Part shown: in pieces, positions 37,521 to 46,418 of the stretch | How the letters are laid out: every line of letters begins with the position of its first letter | How positions within the stretch are numbered: position 1 is the first letter of the stretch | Assembly: GCA_029560465.1 (NCBI GenBank) | Contig: JAKQKX010000016.1 | Span: 141,093 to 205,092, forward strand | Direction: 5' to 3' | Length of the DNA: 64,000 bases | Source of the DNA: Candidatus Omnitrophota bacterium | Lineage (GTDB): Bacteria > Omnitrophota > Gorgyraeia > Zapsychrales > JANLHA01 | Notes under the pieces: generated by a model | The model's input: the letters and a program-made list of their open reading frames with translations, nothing else | What the model was told of the DNA's origin: nothing | The model's database searches: none | Program-made: the position numbers and the translations under genes

Positions 37521-38684
37521 ATGAAGGATTCCCCGTCTCCCTTAACAGAACTCACCTTGGAAGAAGCGAACGCTACGGATCAGGGAGTGCGCGTGCGTGC
37601 CTGCTTCCCGGGTGTTTCGGATGACGAATGGAACGACTGGCGCTGGCAGATTAGAAATTGCTTTAAGACGCGCCAAGCCCTGGAAGCCATCATGTCTTTG
37701 ACCCCGGACGAACAGGAGGGGATAGATCATTGCGGCCAGAAGCTGACCATGGCGATCCCCCCGTATTTCGCCGCTTTGATCGACCCCGATGACCCGGCGT
37801 GCCCTATCCGGCGACAGTGTGTTCCCACCCGGCAGGAGTTGATCGCCAGTGATGGAGAGCTGGTGGACCCTTGCGGCGAGGACAAAGACTCGCCGGTTAA
37901 GGGGGTGGTGCACCGTTACCCGGATCGGGTTTTGTTTTTGGTGAGCGACCAGTGCGCGATGTATTGCCGTCATTGCACGCGTTCACGGATACTGAATGAT
38001 GGCCACAGCCACTTTAATTCTTCCACCTATGACGAAGCGTTTCATTATATCCTGGAGCATAAAGAGGTGCGGGATGTGCTGGTGTCCGGGGGGGACCCGC
38101 TTCTCCTTAACGATAACCTGCTGGAATATCTGCTCCAGAGAATCAAGTCGATCCCGCATGTTGAATTTGTCCGTATCGGCACCCGGGCGCCGGTGAGCCT
38201 GCCGCAGCGGATCACTCCGGCGCTGTTGAGAGTGTTAAAGAAATATTCTCCGTTATGGATCAGCATCCATTGCAACCATCCCCAAGAGATCACTCCTGCT
38301 GTCCGGGAGGCCTGCGGGGCATTGGCGGATATCGGAATTCCCCTGGGAAGCCAGACCGTGCTTTTAAAAGGGATTAATGATGACCCGGTAACGATGAAAA
38401 CGTTAATGCACGCCTTGCTGAAGATCCGGGTGCGGCCGTATTATATTTACCAGTGTGACCCGGTTGTGGGAACCCGGCATTTCCGCGCGACCATTCAGGG
38501 CGGGCTTGAGATTATGGAACAGTTACAGGGTTTTACCAGCGGCTACGCCGTGCCCAAATTTGTCCTGGATGTCCCCGGCGGGGGCGGAAAAATCCCTCTG
38601 AATCCCAACTACATTGTCCGCAGAGAAGAGACTCAGTACGTTCTACGGAATTACGCCGGAGAACTGTTTTATTATCTTTCTTAA
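37521..38684 (+). CDS. kamA: L-lysine 2,3-aminomutase (radical SAM, PLP-dependent)
   Basis: CAMYCRHCTR is the CxxxCxxC motif. There is near-collinear similarity to clostridial KamA throughout (HRYPDRVLFL, IRVRPYYIYQCD, GYAVPKFVLDVPGGGGKIPL). Confidence 0.9.
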   Translation: MKDSPSPLTELTLEEANATDQGVRVRACFPGVSDDEWNDWRWQIRNCFKTRQALEAIMSLTPDEQEGIDHCGQKLTMAIPPYFAALIDPDDPACPIRRQCVPTRQELIASDGELVDPCGEDKDSPVKGVVHRYPDRVLFLVSDQCAMYCRHCTRSRILNDGHSHFNSSTYDEAFHYILEHKEVRDVLVSGGDPLLLNDNLLEYLLQRIKSIPHVEFVRIGTRAPVSLPQRITPALLRVLKKYSPLWISIHCNHPQEITPAVREACGALADIGIPLGSQTVLLKGINDDPVTMKTLMHALLKIRVRPYYIYQCDPVVGTRHFRATIQGGLEIMEQLQGFTSGYAVPKFVLDVPGGGGKIPLNPNYIVRREETQYVLRNYAGELFYYLS

Positions 38685-38889
38685 GAAAAAATCCCGTTGA
38701 AAAGCGTCGGGTCCATGTCTCCGGAGCAGAAGCGCCCTTCCCGGCCCAAGGCCGAAATTGACAAATTTAATAGATATGTTAAGATAGCGCCGGCTGCGGA
38801 AGAAGTCTGCGGCGTGGTTAACATCAATTGTGTGATCACGCGCGTTTTTCCCGGGTTGCGGGATGCGCGTTTTTCGAAAGAGGTGATTT

Positions 38890-39192
38890 ATGAAAAAAGT
38901 GGAAGCGATTATTCGCAAAGAGAAATTTCAGGATGTGTGTGACGCCCTGGAAAAATCCGGGTTTGGGGGGGTGACGGTTCTGGAGGCCCGGGGTTTCGGC
39001 CGGCACCGCAACGGGTTGCAGGAGAAAGTCAAATTGGAAGTTTATGTTGATGAATTTCAGATTGACAAGCTTGTGGAGCTTATTTTCAAGCATGCCCGCA
39101 TGGGGGTGACCGGGGACGGGAAAATTGCCGTTGTTGACTTGCATAATTTGTACCGGATCCGGACTGGAGAGCAGGGCGCGAGCGCCATTTAA
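38890..39192 (+). CDS. P-II (GlnB-like) family signal-transduction protein with shortened T-loop
   Basis: MKKVEAIIRKEKF...GFGRHRNG...DGKIAVVDLHNLYRIRTGE. The T-loop is about 12 aa shorter than GlnB and lacks the Tyr51 context. Confidence 0.7.
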   Translation: MKKVEAIIRKEKFQDVCDALEKSGFGGVTVLEARGFGRHRNGLQEKVKLEVYVDEFQIDKLVELIFKHARMGVTGDGKIAVVDLHNLYRIRTGEQGASAI

Positions 39193-39306
39193 AGGGAAGC
39201 CGTCAGAAGTTCCGCTTTACAAATTCGGAATGTGTAATATAATACTCCTACTTGTCACGGAATGTTGAAACCTTTAAAGAGAGTTGGAAGGTGGTGAATA
39301 TTTTTT

Positions 39307-39462
39307 ATGGTTGAAGTTAAAATTAATGATAAGAACAGCTTTGAGAAAGCGATACGGATATTTAAAAAGCAATGCCAGAAAGAAGGATTTTTGGTTGAAT
39401 TGAAAGAGAGGCGTTATTATTCCAAGCCCTCGGAAAAGAAGCGCCGCAAAAAAAGTTCCTGA
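39307..39462 (+). CDS. rpsU: 30S ribosomal protein S21
   Basis: 51-aa ORF, below the ORF-track cutoff. MVEVKINDKNSFEKAIRIFKKQCQKEGFLVELKERRYYSKPSEKKRRKK matches the S21 pattern. Confidence 0.75.
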   Translation: MVEVKINDKNSFEKAIRIFKKQCQKEGFLVELKERRYYSKPSEKKRRKKSS

Positions 39463-39468
39463 TTTTTT

Positions 39469-39500
39469 CGGCCCGGCCTGTTTGCCGGGTCGAATTTTTT
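39469..39500 (+). terminator. Rho-independent terminator after rpsU
   Basis: CGGCCCGGC-ctgttt-GCCGGGTCG hairpin followed by AATTTTTT. Confidence 0.7.
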
Positions 39501-39643
39501 ATGTGGCCGCCTTCCTTGCAAAAAGCGGGAGGCGGTAAAAAGTTCCTGGAGCGGCGGCGGGTATGACGTCGCGGTTCGGGAAGGATAGCAGGTATCCGCA
39601 GAATCCCGCCGTTTTGAACATCAGTTAAAAGGATCGCAGAAGG

Positions 39644-41200
39644 ATGATTAAAGTCAAAAGAGCTCTGTTGAGCGTGTCGGACAAGTCCGGACTTGTTGAA
39701 TTTGCCAGGGGCTTGCAGGGGCTGGGGGTGGAAATTGTTTCCACGGGAGGTACGGCCCGGGCGTTGAAGAACGCACAGGTCCCGGTGGTGGAAGTTTCGG
39801 ATTACACCGGGTATCCGGAAATCCTGGATGGCCGGGTCAAAACCTTGAATCCTGTTATTCACGGCGGCTTGCTGGCGGTGCGCGACAATCAGCAGCACAT
39901 GGAACAACTGGGGCAGCAGAAAATTGGCCTTATTGACCTGGTCGTGGTCAACCTGTATCCTTTTGAAAAAGTTATCCAGAAAAAAAATGTTTTTTTGGAT
40001 GAGGCGCTGGAAAATATTGATGTCGGCGGCCCGACCATGCTAAGGGCCGCGGCTAAAAATTTCAAGAGCGTGGCCGTCGTTTGTAATCCGGCCCGGTACA
40101 GGGAGGTTCTGGAGGAGCTTCAGAGGAATAACGGCCTGCTTTCCGAGTCTGTTCTCAAAAGCCTTGCGGTGGAAGTCTTCCGGCATACCTCCCAATATGA
40201 TGAGGTGATTTATGATTTCCTGAATCAAAGGATGCGCAGCGGGGAGTTGACCGGCTTGCCCCGCAATTTGACCCTGCGGTTCAATAAAGTCGTGGACTTG
40301 CGCTATGGGGAAAATCCTCATCAGGATGCGGCGTTTTATCAGAGCGCGCAGGGGACGTCTGGCCTGGCCCTGCTTCGGCAACTTCATGGCAAGGAACTGT
40401 CGTTTAATAATTATCTGGACCTGCACACGGCCATCCGGGTTGTCAAGGATTTTTCTTCGCCGGCGGCGGTTGTGATCAAGCACAATAATCCCACTGGCGT
40501 GGCCGAAGATGCCCGCCTTTCGGAGGCGTACAAAAAAGCATGGAAATCCGACACATTGTCCGCGTTCGGAGGCATTATCGGGTTGAATAAGAAAGTGGAC
40601 GCCCAGACCGCGGAGCTGATTGAAAAAAGCGGGTTTATGGAATGCGTTATCGCCCCGGATTACGCCCGGGACGCGTTGAAAATTTTAACCCAGAAAAAGA
40701 ATATCCGTCTTATAAAATTAAGTGAGAGTGACCTGGAAAAGAACCCGTGGGATTTCCGGCAGGTCGACGGCGGCTTGCTGGTTCAAACAAAAGATGAGAA
40801 AAAATTGACCGAGGCCCAGTTGAACGTGGTTTCTCTCCGGAAACCGACGCAACTTCAGCTGGCATCCATGCTGTTCGGGTGGAAAGTGATCCGGCACGTT
40901 AAATCTAACGCCATTATTCTTGTTAAAGGGCTGCGGACCGTTGGGATTGGTTGCGGCCAGACGTCCCGCGTGGAGAGTGTGCATTTGGCCATCCGTAAAG
41001 CCGGGACGGCCGCGCGGGGATCCTGCCTAGTTTCGGACGCCTTTATCCCCAAGACGGACAACATCGAAGCCGCGGCCCGGGCTGGAATCAAGGCGATCAT
41101 CCAGACCGGCGGCTCCATCGCGGATGAGGACGTTATTAAGGCCGCGGACAAGCATAAGATAGCCATGGTGATGACCGGCGTTCGTCATTTTAAACATTGA
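39644..41200 (+). CDS. purH: Bifunctional AICAR transformylase / IMP cyclohydrolase
   Basis: N-terminal MGS-like domain (ALLSVSDKSGL...STGGTA) and a C-terminal AICARFT domain. Confidence 0.9.
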   Translation: MIKVKRALLSVSDKSGLVEFARGLQGLGVEIVSTGGTARALKNAQVPVVEVSDYTGYPEILDGRVKTLNPVIHGGLLAVRDNQQHMEQLGQQKIGLIDLVVVNLYPFEKVIQKKNVFLDEALENIDVGGPTMLRAAAKNFKSVAVVCNPARYREVLEELQRNNGLLSESVLKSLAVEVFRHTSQYDEVIYDFLNQRMRSGELTGLPRNLTLRFNKVVDLRYGENPHQDAAFYQSAQGTSGLALLRQLHGKELSFNNYLDLHTAIRVVKDFSSPAAVVIKHNNPTGVAEDARLSEAYKKAWKSDTLSAFGGIIGLNKKVDAQTAELIEKSGFMECVIAPDYARDALKILTQKKNIRLIKLSESDLEKNPWDFRQVDGGLLVQTKDEKKLTEAQLNVVSLRKPTQLQLASMLFGWKVIRHVKSNAIILVKGLRTVGIGCGQTSRVESVHLAIRKAGTAARGSCLVSDAFIPKTDNIEAAARAGIKAIIQTGGSIADEDVIKAADKHKIAMVMTGVRHFKH

Positions 41201-41213
41201 CCCCCTCCCTTCC

Positions 41214-42602
41214 ATGAACTCCCAGGACGTCAGAGTTTACCTCGAATCTTTTTTTAATTTCGAAAAATCAGCATCCGTGGCGTTCTTCCCGGACGTGTTT
41301 AAGTTGAAACGGGTGGAGCATGTCCTCGGTCTTTTGGGGTCTCCGCAGAAGGACATGGTTTTTATTCACGTCGCCGGGACCAAAGGGAAAGGGTCAACGT
41401 GTGCTTACGCGGCGCATATTTTAAAGGAAGCCGGATATACGGCGGGGTTGTACACGTCGCCTCATCTGTGGGATGTTAAGGAACGGATCCGGGTTTTGAG
41501 CCCAGGGGGGGGCGGGTTCGCGCGCCCAGGGTTGTTTGAAGGTTGTATCCGCGAAGAGGAGTTCTGCGAGATTTTCAGGAAAATGAAGCCGGTCTTGGAT
41601 CTTATGACGGGAAACGGTGCCTTGGGGCGGTTGACGTATTTTGAGGTCTTGACCCTGGCGGCTTTGGTGTATTTTAAAAGCAGGCGGGTGGATTGCGTTG
41701 TCCTGGAAACAGGGATGGGGGGGCGGCTGGACGCGACGAATGTCGTTGAGGCGTCCGTGTGCGGCCTGACCCCGGTCAGCCTGGATCACACGCATATCCT
41801 CGGAGATTCTCTGGTCTCGATCGCGCGGGAGAAGGCGGGAATTATAAAAACAGTGCGTCAGAAGGTGGTGGTGTCCCGCCAGGCCCCTGCGGCAGAGGTG
41901 GTTATCCGGCAGCGGATTAGCGATGTCGGCTGTGAAGCTTTCTTCGCCGGAAAGGATTTCAGCGCTTTAGACGTGGAGGAGGCCGGGACCCAGCAGACGT
42001 TTGTGATCCGGGGCCGCCGTTCGGATTACATGGTCACGACAGAGCTGTTGGGGCGGCATCAACGGGAGAATGCCGCGTTGGCGGTCGGGTTGGTTGAGTG
42101 CCTGGCGGAAACAACTCAATGGAAGGTTCCTGCGGAAGCTATTCAAAAGGGCATCGCCGCAACGTCCTGGCCGGGGCGGTTTCAGATTGTGCGGACCGAC
42201 CCTACGGTCGTCTTGGACGTGGCCCATAACCCGGACTCGGCGCGGGCTTTGGCGGAAACGGTGCAGAGTTGTTTTCCGGGGAAACGGATCGTTTTGCTTC
42301 TGGGAATCTCTCGGGATAAAGATTTGCCTGGCATTTGTCGTCAGTTGACGCAGATTTCGCGGGAGGTTATCATAACGAGGGCCGGGCATCCCCGGGCCGC
42401 TGACCTGGATAATCCGGACATCCGGGAGATATTCCGGGGCCAGCCGTTTTTTGTTTCGCCGCATGTCCGGGAAGGGCTGAAAATGGCTTTGAGCAGGGCC
42501 GGCAAGGGCGATGTTATTGTGGCGACGGGTTCGGTTTTCGTCGTGGCGGAAGCGGGGGAAGGTTTCTTGGGCGGAAAGGCCGCGGACGATGATCCTCGGT
42601 GA
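41214..42602 (+). CDS. folC: Folylpolyglutamate synthase / dihydrofolate synthase
   Basis: Mur-ligase P-loop HVAGTKGKGST. Confidence 0.85.
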   Translation: MNSQDVRVYLESFFNFEKSASVAFFPDVFKLKRVEHVLGLLGSPQKDMVFIHVAGTKGKGSTCAYAAHILKEAGYTAGLYTSPHLWDVKERIRVLSPGGGGFARPGLFEGCIREEEFCEIFRKMKPVLDLMTGNGALGRLTYFEVLTLAALVYFKSRRVDCVVLETGMGGRLDATNVVEASVCGLTPVSLDHTHILGDSLVSIAREKAGIIKTVRQKVVVSRQAPAAEVVIRQRISDVGCEAFFAGKDFSALDVEEAGTQQTFVIRGRRSDYMVTTELLGRHQRENAALAVGLVECLAETTQWKVPAEAIQKGIAATSWPGRFQIVRTDPTVVLDVAHNPDSARALAETVQSCFPGKRIVLLLGISRDKDLPGICRQLTQISREVIITRAGHPRAADLDNPDIREIFRGQPFFVSPHVREGLKMALSRAGKGDVIVATGSVFVVAEAGEGFLGGKAADDDPR

Positions 42603-42623
42603 AAAGAGGGAACAGCAAACATT

Positions 42624-44111
42624 ATGGATCCTTTGTATAAGTTTGATGATACTATTGCGGCGATCGCAACCCCGCCCGGACAGGGAGGGATCGGCATCGT
42701 CCGTTTAAGCGGGCCGCGGGCCCTGGCCGTTGCGGATAAGATTTTCCATATCAAAAGCGGTAGGCTTCCGTCTGAGTGCTTGAGCCACACCGTTCATTTC
42801 GGGCATGTGGTTCAGAAGGCTGCGGGACCAACCGGAGGCGCTCGGGAGGACCAGGATTTTGATATGATCGATGAGGCGCTCCTTGTGGTGATGCGCGGGC
42901 CGAAGTCTTATACCGGTGAAGATGTGGTGGAGTTGAACTGTCATGGCGGCGCGGTTATTTTAGCGACGGTTTTGCGGCTCGTTATTGAACAGGGGGCCCG
43001 CTTGGCAGAGCCGGGCGAATTTACCAAGAGGGCTTTTTTGAGAGGCCGGATGGATTTGACGCAGGCGGAAGCGGTCCTGGATATTATCCGGGCTAAAACA
43101 GAAGCGTTTGTGAAAATCAGCGCGCATCAATTGAAAGGGGATTTGACGGCGGCCCTGGGATCGATCCGTGAACGGCTGATGGATGTTTATACGGGGCTGG
43201 AAGCAGCGGTGAATTTTCCGGAGGATGATATTCAACAGCAGAGCCGGTTTTTTCGCGCGGATAGCGCGCCAGGGGGCGTGGGTCGTCCGTTGTCCCGAAA
43301 CTCCGCCGGTCCGCTGGCCGCCACGGAGCAGGCTTTGGCGCAAATCCGGGCATTGATCGCCACGTCAACCGAGGGACGTATTTTAAGAGACGGGATTAAA
43401 GCCGTCATTTGCGGGAAGCCGAATGTTGGGAAATCTTCGCTTTTGAACCGGCTTCTTCGGCAACCGAGGGCGATCGTCAGCCCCTTGGAAGGCACGACGA
43501 GGGACACAATCGAAGAGCCCGTGTCGATCAACGGGATCCCTTTTCAGCTCGTTGACACGGCCGGGATCCTGCATCCCCGAGGCCTTATTGAGGAGGAGGC
43601 GGTCCGGCGCAGCCGTTTATGTATGGGAAGCGCGGATTTGATTATATTCGTGCTCGACGGGTCCAAAGAGCTCTCTGCGGAGGACGAAGCTTTAATCCCC
43701 GCTGTTACGGATAAGAACGCGCTGATTGTCGTGAACAAATGCGATTTGCCGCTTAAAGTGGATGACCCCATCATGAAGAAATTTTTTCCGGGCCATGCTG
43801 TCGTGCGGGTGTCCGCCCTTACGGAAGAGGGGATCCCGGAGCTTCTGGACAGGATGTTTAAGGCCGCCGTGCCGTCGGAGTCACATTGTTCCCGGAACAT
43901 CTTGATCAGCAACACGCGCCATGCGGAAGCGCTTTTTCAGGCTGAACGGTCTTTGCTGGAAGCGTCCGCGCATTTCGCGTCGGGTTTATCCTTGGAATTT
44001 GTCTCCGAAGATGTTAAGGCCGCGATCCGGGCTTTGGACCAGATTACCGGGCGGGACATCGACATGGATTTGCTGGATAAGATTTTTTCGGAATTTTGTA
44101 TCGGAAAATAA
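42624..44111 (+). CDS. mnmE: tRNA modification GTPase MnmE
   Basis: N-terminal IAAIATPPGQGGIGIVRLSG, a G domain (GKPNVGKSS) and the C-terminal CIGK tetrapeptide. Confidence 0.9.
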   Translation: MDPLYKFDDTIAAIATPPGQGGIGIVRLSGPRALAVADKIFHIKSGRLPSECLSHTVHFGHVVQKAAGPTGGAREDQDFDMIDEALLVVMRGPKSYTGEDVVELNCHGGAVILATVLRLVIEQGARLAEPGEFTKRAFLRGRMDLTQAEAVLDIIRAKTEAFVKISAHQLKGDLTAALGSIRERLMDVYTGLEAAVNFPEDDIQQQSRFFRADSAPGGVGRPLSRNSAGPLAATEQALAQIRALIATSTEGRILRDGIKAVICGKPNVGKSSLLNRLLRQPRAIVSPLEGTTRDTIEEPVSINGIPFQLVDTAGILHPRGLIEEEAVRRSRLCMGSADLIIFVLDGSKELSAEDEALIPAVTDKNALIVVNKCDLPLKVDDPIMKKFFPGHAVVRVSALTEEGIPELLDRMFKAAVPSESHCSRNILISNTRHAEALFQAERSLLEASAHFASGLSLEFVSEDVKAAIRALDQITGRDIDMDLLDKIFSEFCIGK

Positions 44112-44151
44112 ATCCGTTGGGCCCGGGGACTCGCTTGGGCCCGCATACGGC

Positions 44152-44886
44152 TTACGGGGCCGCCTTCTCCGCTGAATTCTCCCTGAAAAAAGATTCGCTA
44201 AAACGCGTCAGTTTTTCCATAAGATTGTCATCTTTCAGAAGGGCCTTGATCTTCGGGTGCGAGAGTAATTTGATATAATCCTGATTGTCCATCAGCGTTT
44301 GTATCTCTTGATCCTCGGTGATGCCTTTTATCTTTGGGTCGGACATGAGTTCTTTGCACTCTGGACGCGTTGATAAAGCCTGTAGTTTCTTGGGGTTTTC
44401 GAGGACGCGGAAAGCTTGCTTGATTTTCTGGGTTTGGGGTATCCGGCTTAGAACAATTTGGTTCAGGAGGGAGAAGGAAACCGACCCGTTGATGTCGTCC
44501 TTAACCGTCCCTAAGTTCAGCGCGTTAAAAGGGATTAAGGTCAGAAGGAACAGGATCCCGAACAGGACGCCCCATTTCCAGGCGAGGTTCACAACCCCGC
44601 CTAAAACACGGCTCAAAACGAGCGTTGTGCTTTTCCCTGTTTTCCCGATGGTGGATTTCCCTATGATGAGGACCAGGCGGAAGGCGAGGGACAGGATCAT
44701 GGTCCCGATAAAGGCGATGATGAGGGCGTTCAGGATGTTGCCGGTGATATCGTAATAGATGATCGCGGTGATGGAACAGAGGGCGAGGGCGATCGGGCCG
44801 ATGAGGACGCGGCACAAGCCCCTCCTGAACCCGCTTATGAAGAAAATGATCCCGGTTATCGCCACACCGTAATCCGTGTATGTCAT
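44152..44886 (-). CDS. CvpA-family membrane protein
   Basis: Four N-terminal TM helices in the CvpA pattern, then a soluble helical C-terminal region. Confidence 0.55.
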   Translation of the reverse strand: MTYTDYGVAITGIIFFISGFRRGLCRVLIGPIALALCSITAIIYYDITGNILNALIIAFIGTMILSLAFRLVLIIGKSTIGKTGKSTTLVLSRVLGGVVNLAWKWGVLFGILFLLTLIPFNALNLGTVKDDINGSVSFSLLNQIVLSRIPQTQKIKQAFRVLENPKKLQALSTRPECKELMSDPKIKGITEDQEIQTLMDNQDYIKLLSHPKIKALLKDDNLMEKLTRFSESFFRENSAEKAAP

Positions 44887-44931
44887 CGTGTTATTCCTTC
44901 TGGAGCCTGTCCGGGCTCAATGCCTGCAGTC

Positions 44932-45288
44932 TTACCGCCGGGTAGATTTCTTTTGTTCCGCGCGTTCTTTTTCGTCTTCAACAGCCGTTTTGTCTTTTTT
45001 GCTTTCGGATGACTTCCCTTCTGGAGAGGTAAGCACAACATAAATGATCCAGGGGATAAAAAAAATGCCGTAACCGAAGAGGATGAGAAAAGGTGTTCCT
45101 AAAATAAATTTGACATGCAGGGGGATTGAAAGTTTTTTGCGGTTCCTTTTCTTTTCCCTCTGCGCGATATAATCTTTGTAGGAGATAGACTGCGCGCCGC
45201 GTTTTTTGTATTCTTGCTCTACGTGCTGGCGCTCTTCCGGGGACATCTCCGCCCCGCCGTGATGAGTTTTGTTCTCCTGGTCGTCCAT
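44932..45288 (-). CDS. Small charged membrane protein, unknown function
   Basis: GAGGAG RBS before MDDQENK. One hydrophobic helix is flanked by K/E-rich segments. Confidence 0.4.
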   Translation of the reverse strand: MDDQENKTHHGGAEMSPEERQHVEQEYKKRGAQSISYKDYIAQREKKRNRKKLSIPLHVKFILGTPFLILFGYGIFFIPWIIYVVLTSPEGKSSESKKDKTAVEDEKERAEQKKSTRR

Positions 45289-45529
45289 CATGTTCTCCTC
45301 GGCTCGAATATAACATGGAACCATGGTCGGTTCAATGTTTTATCAATATATTTGCTTGGATAACCGCTGTGCGCAGTGTTAACTGGGGCGGGCCCGGGGC
45401 CCAGCTTATCCCGGAATCCCTCGAGCCGGCCCTGAAATTATCAAATAATTCTGTTGATTATTGAAGAGGTAAAGCATAAAATTAAACTGGATGTGGATTT
45501 TAAATGAATACGATCAAAAGGAAAGCCCC

Positions 45530-45880
45530 ATGAAAAAAAAGTCTGAACAAAGAAGGATGTCGAGACAATCTTGCCGTGTTCCTGTTGACGGGAAAGAAGG
45601 CAGTGTTTTTGAGGGACTGCGCACCGTGGATATTGGCCAAGGCGGGGTGGGGTTGATTTCCAACAACGCGATACCATTAAATGAAAAAATTGTCGTTCAA
45701 CTAGACCTCGGCCCGGACGAACAACCGGTATTGATGTTAGGAGAAGTTAAGTGGATTACAAAAGTCCGGAATGCGGACTATTACCGGGTCGGGATGTCTT
45801 TCTGCGAAGAAGTCGGTACCAGCTCGAGGTCTCGGTTAAAAAATTATTTCAAAGTTGAACCTTCCCCTTCTCCCAAGTGA
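45530..45880 (+). CDS. PilZ domain protein
   Basis: MSRQSCRVPVD...GLRTVDIGQGGVGL matches the PilZ RxxxR...DxSxxG pattern. Confidence 0.65.
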   Translation: MKKKSEQRRMSRQSCRVPVDGKEGSVFEGLRTVDIGQGGVGLISNNAIPLNEKIVVQLDLGPDEQPVLMLGEVKWITKVRNADYYRVGMSFCEEVGTSSRSRLKNYFKVEPSPSPK

Positions 45881-45889
45881 TCGAGTTTT

Positions 45890-46252
45890 ATGAAGAAGAA
45901 CATCATGACCCCTCTGGAAAACGATAATCGGTTATTTGAACGTTTCCTGGCCCGGTTCCCTGTTAAATTTCAGCATTCCCAACAGGATTACGGAACGAAT
46001 GTTTTTCTCCGAGACGCGTCTGCCCAGGGAGCCAAGTTTTCCACCTCCGAGCGTGTGTACGTGAAGGATAGTGTGTCTTTGCTTGTGAAGCTTCCTGACG
46101 GGGGAGACCCGCTGTCTTTGAATGGCCGTGTCGTGTGGGTGAAAGAAAAGTTCCCTAATCTCTGGGATGCTGGTCTGCAATTTCATAAAGCTAATTTTAT
46201 GCAACTTCAGAGAATGTACCGGCTTGTACGCAAACCTTCGTTTATATTTTAA
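45890..46252 (+). CDS. PilZ domain protein
   Basis: NRLFERFLARFPVKF...LRDASAQGAKF matches PilZ motifs. In tandem with the previous PilZ gene. Confidence 0.65.
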   Translation: MKKNIMTPLENDNRLFERFLARFPVKFQHSQQDYGTNVFLRDASAQGAKFSTSERVYVKDSVSLLVKLPDGGDPLSLNGRVVWVKEKFPNLWDAGLQFHKANFMQLQRMYRLVRKPSFIF

Positions 46253-46353
46253 TTCCATTCAAAATAACAGTAGAATTGATAAATAGTTATTTGTTTTTAT
46301 ATTATTAATATTAATATGAATATTATACATATTAAATTTTGTTGCAAAACTAA

Positions 46354-46382
46354 TTGACCAATAAACCATAATTTGCTATATT
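46354..46382 (+). promoter_or_regulatory. Putative sigma70 promoter (TTGACC-17-TATATT) for the pur operon
   Basis: Lies in the AT-rich 160-nt region upstream of purB. Confidence 0.45.
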
Positions 46383-46418
46383 ACATGCGTTTATAATCCA
46401 AAAAAAAGGAGTTGTCTT

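Noticed and set aside
38697-38942. 81-aa ORF overlapping the start of the P-II gene
   Set aside because: Out-of-frame overlap with a well-supported gene and no RBS or motifs.
39500-39643. ZTP (pfl) riboswitch upstream of purH/folC
   Set aside because: ZTP riboswitches commonly precede purH and folate genes. The 140-nt leader lacks the conserved GGGUCGUGA...CCGGG...CCGCCUGGGC pseudoknot elements.
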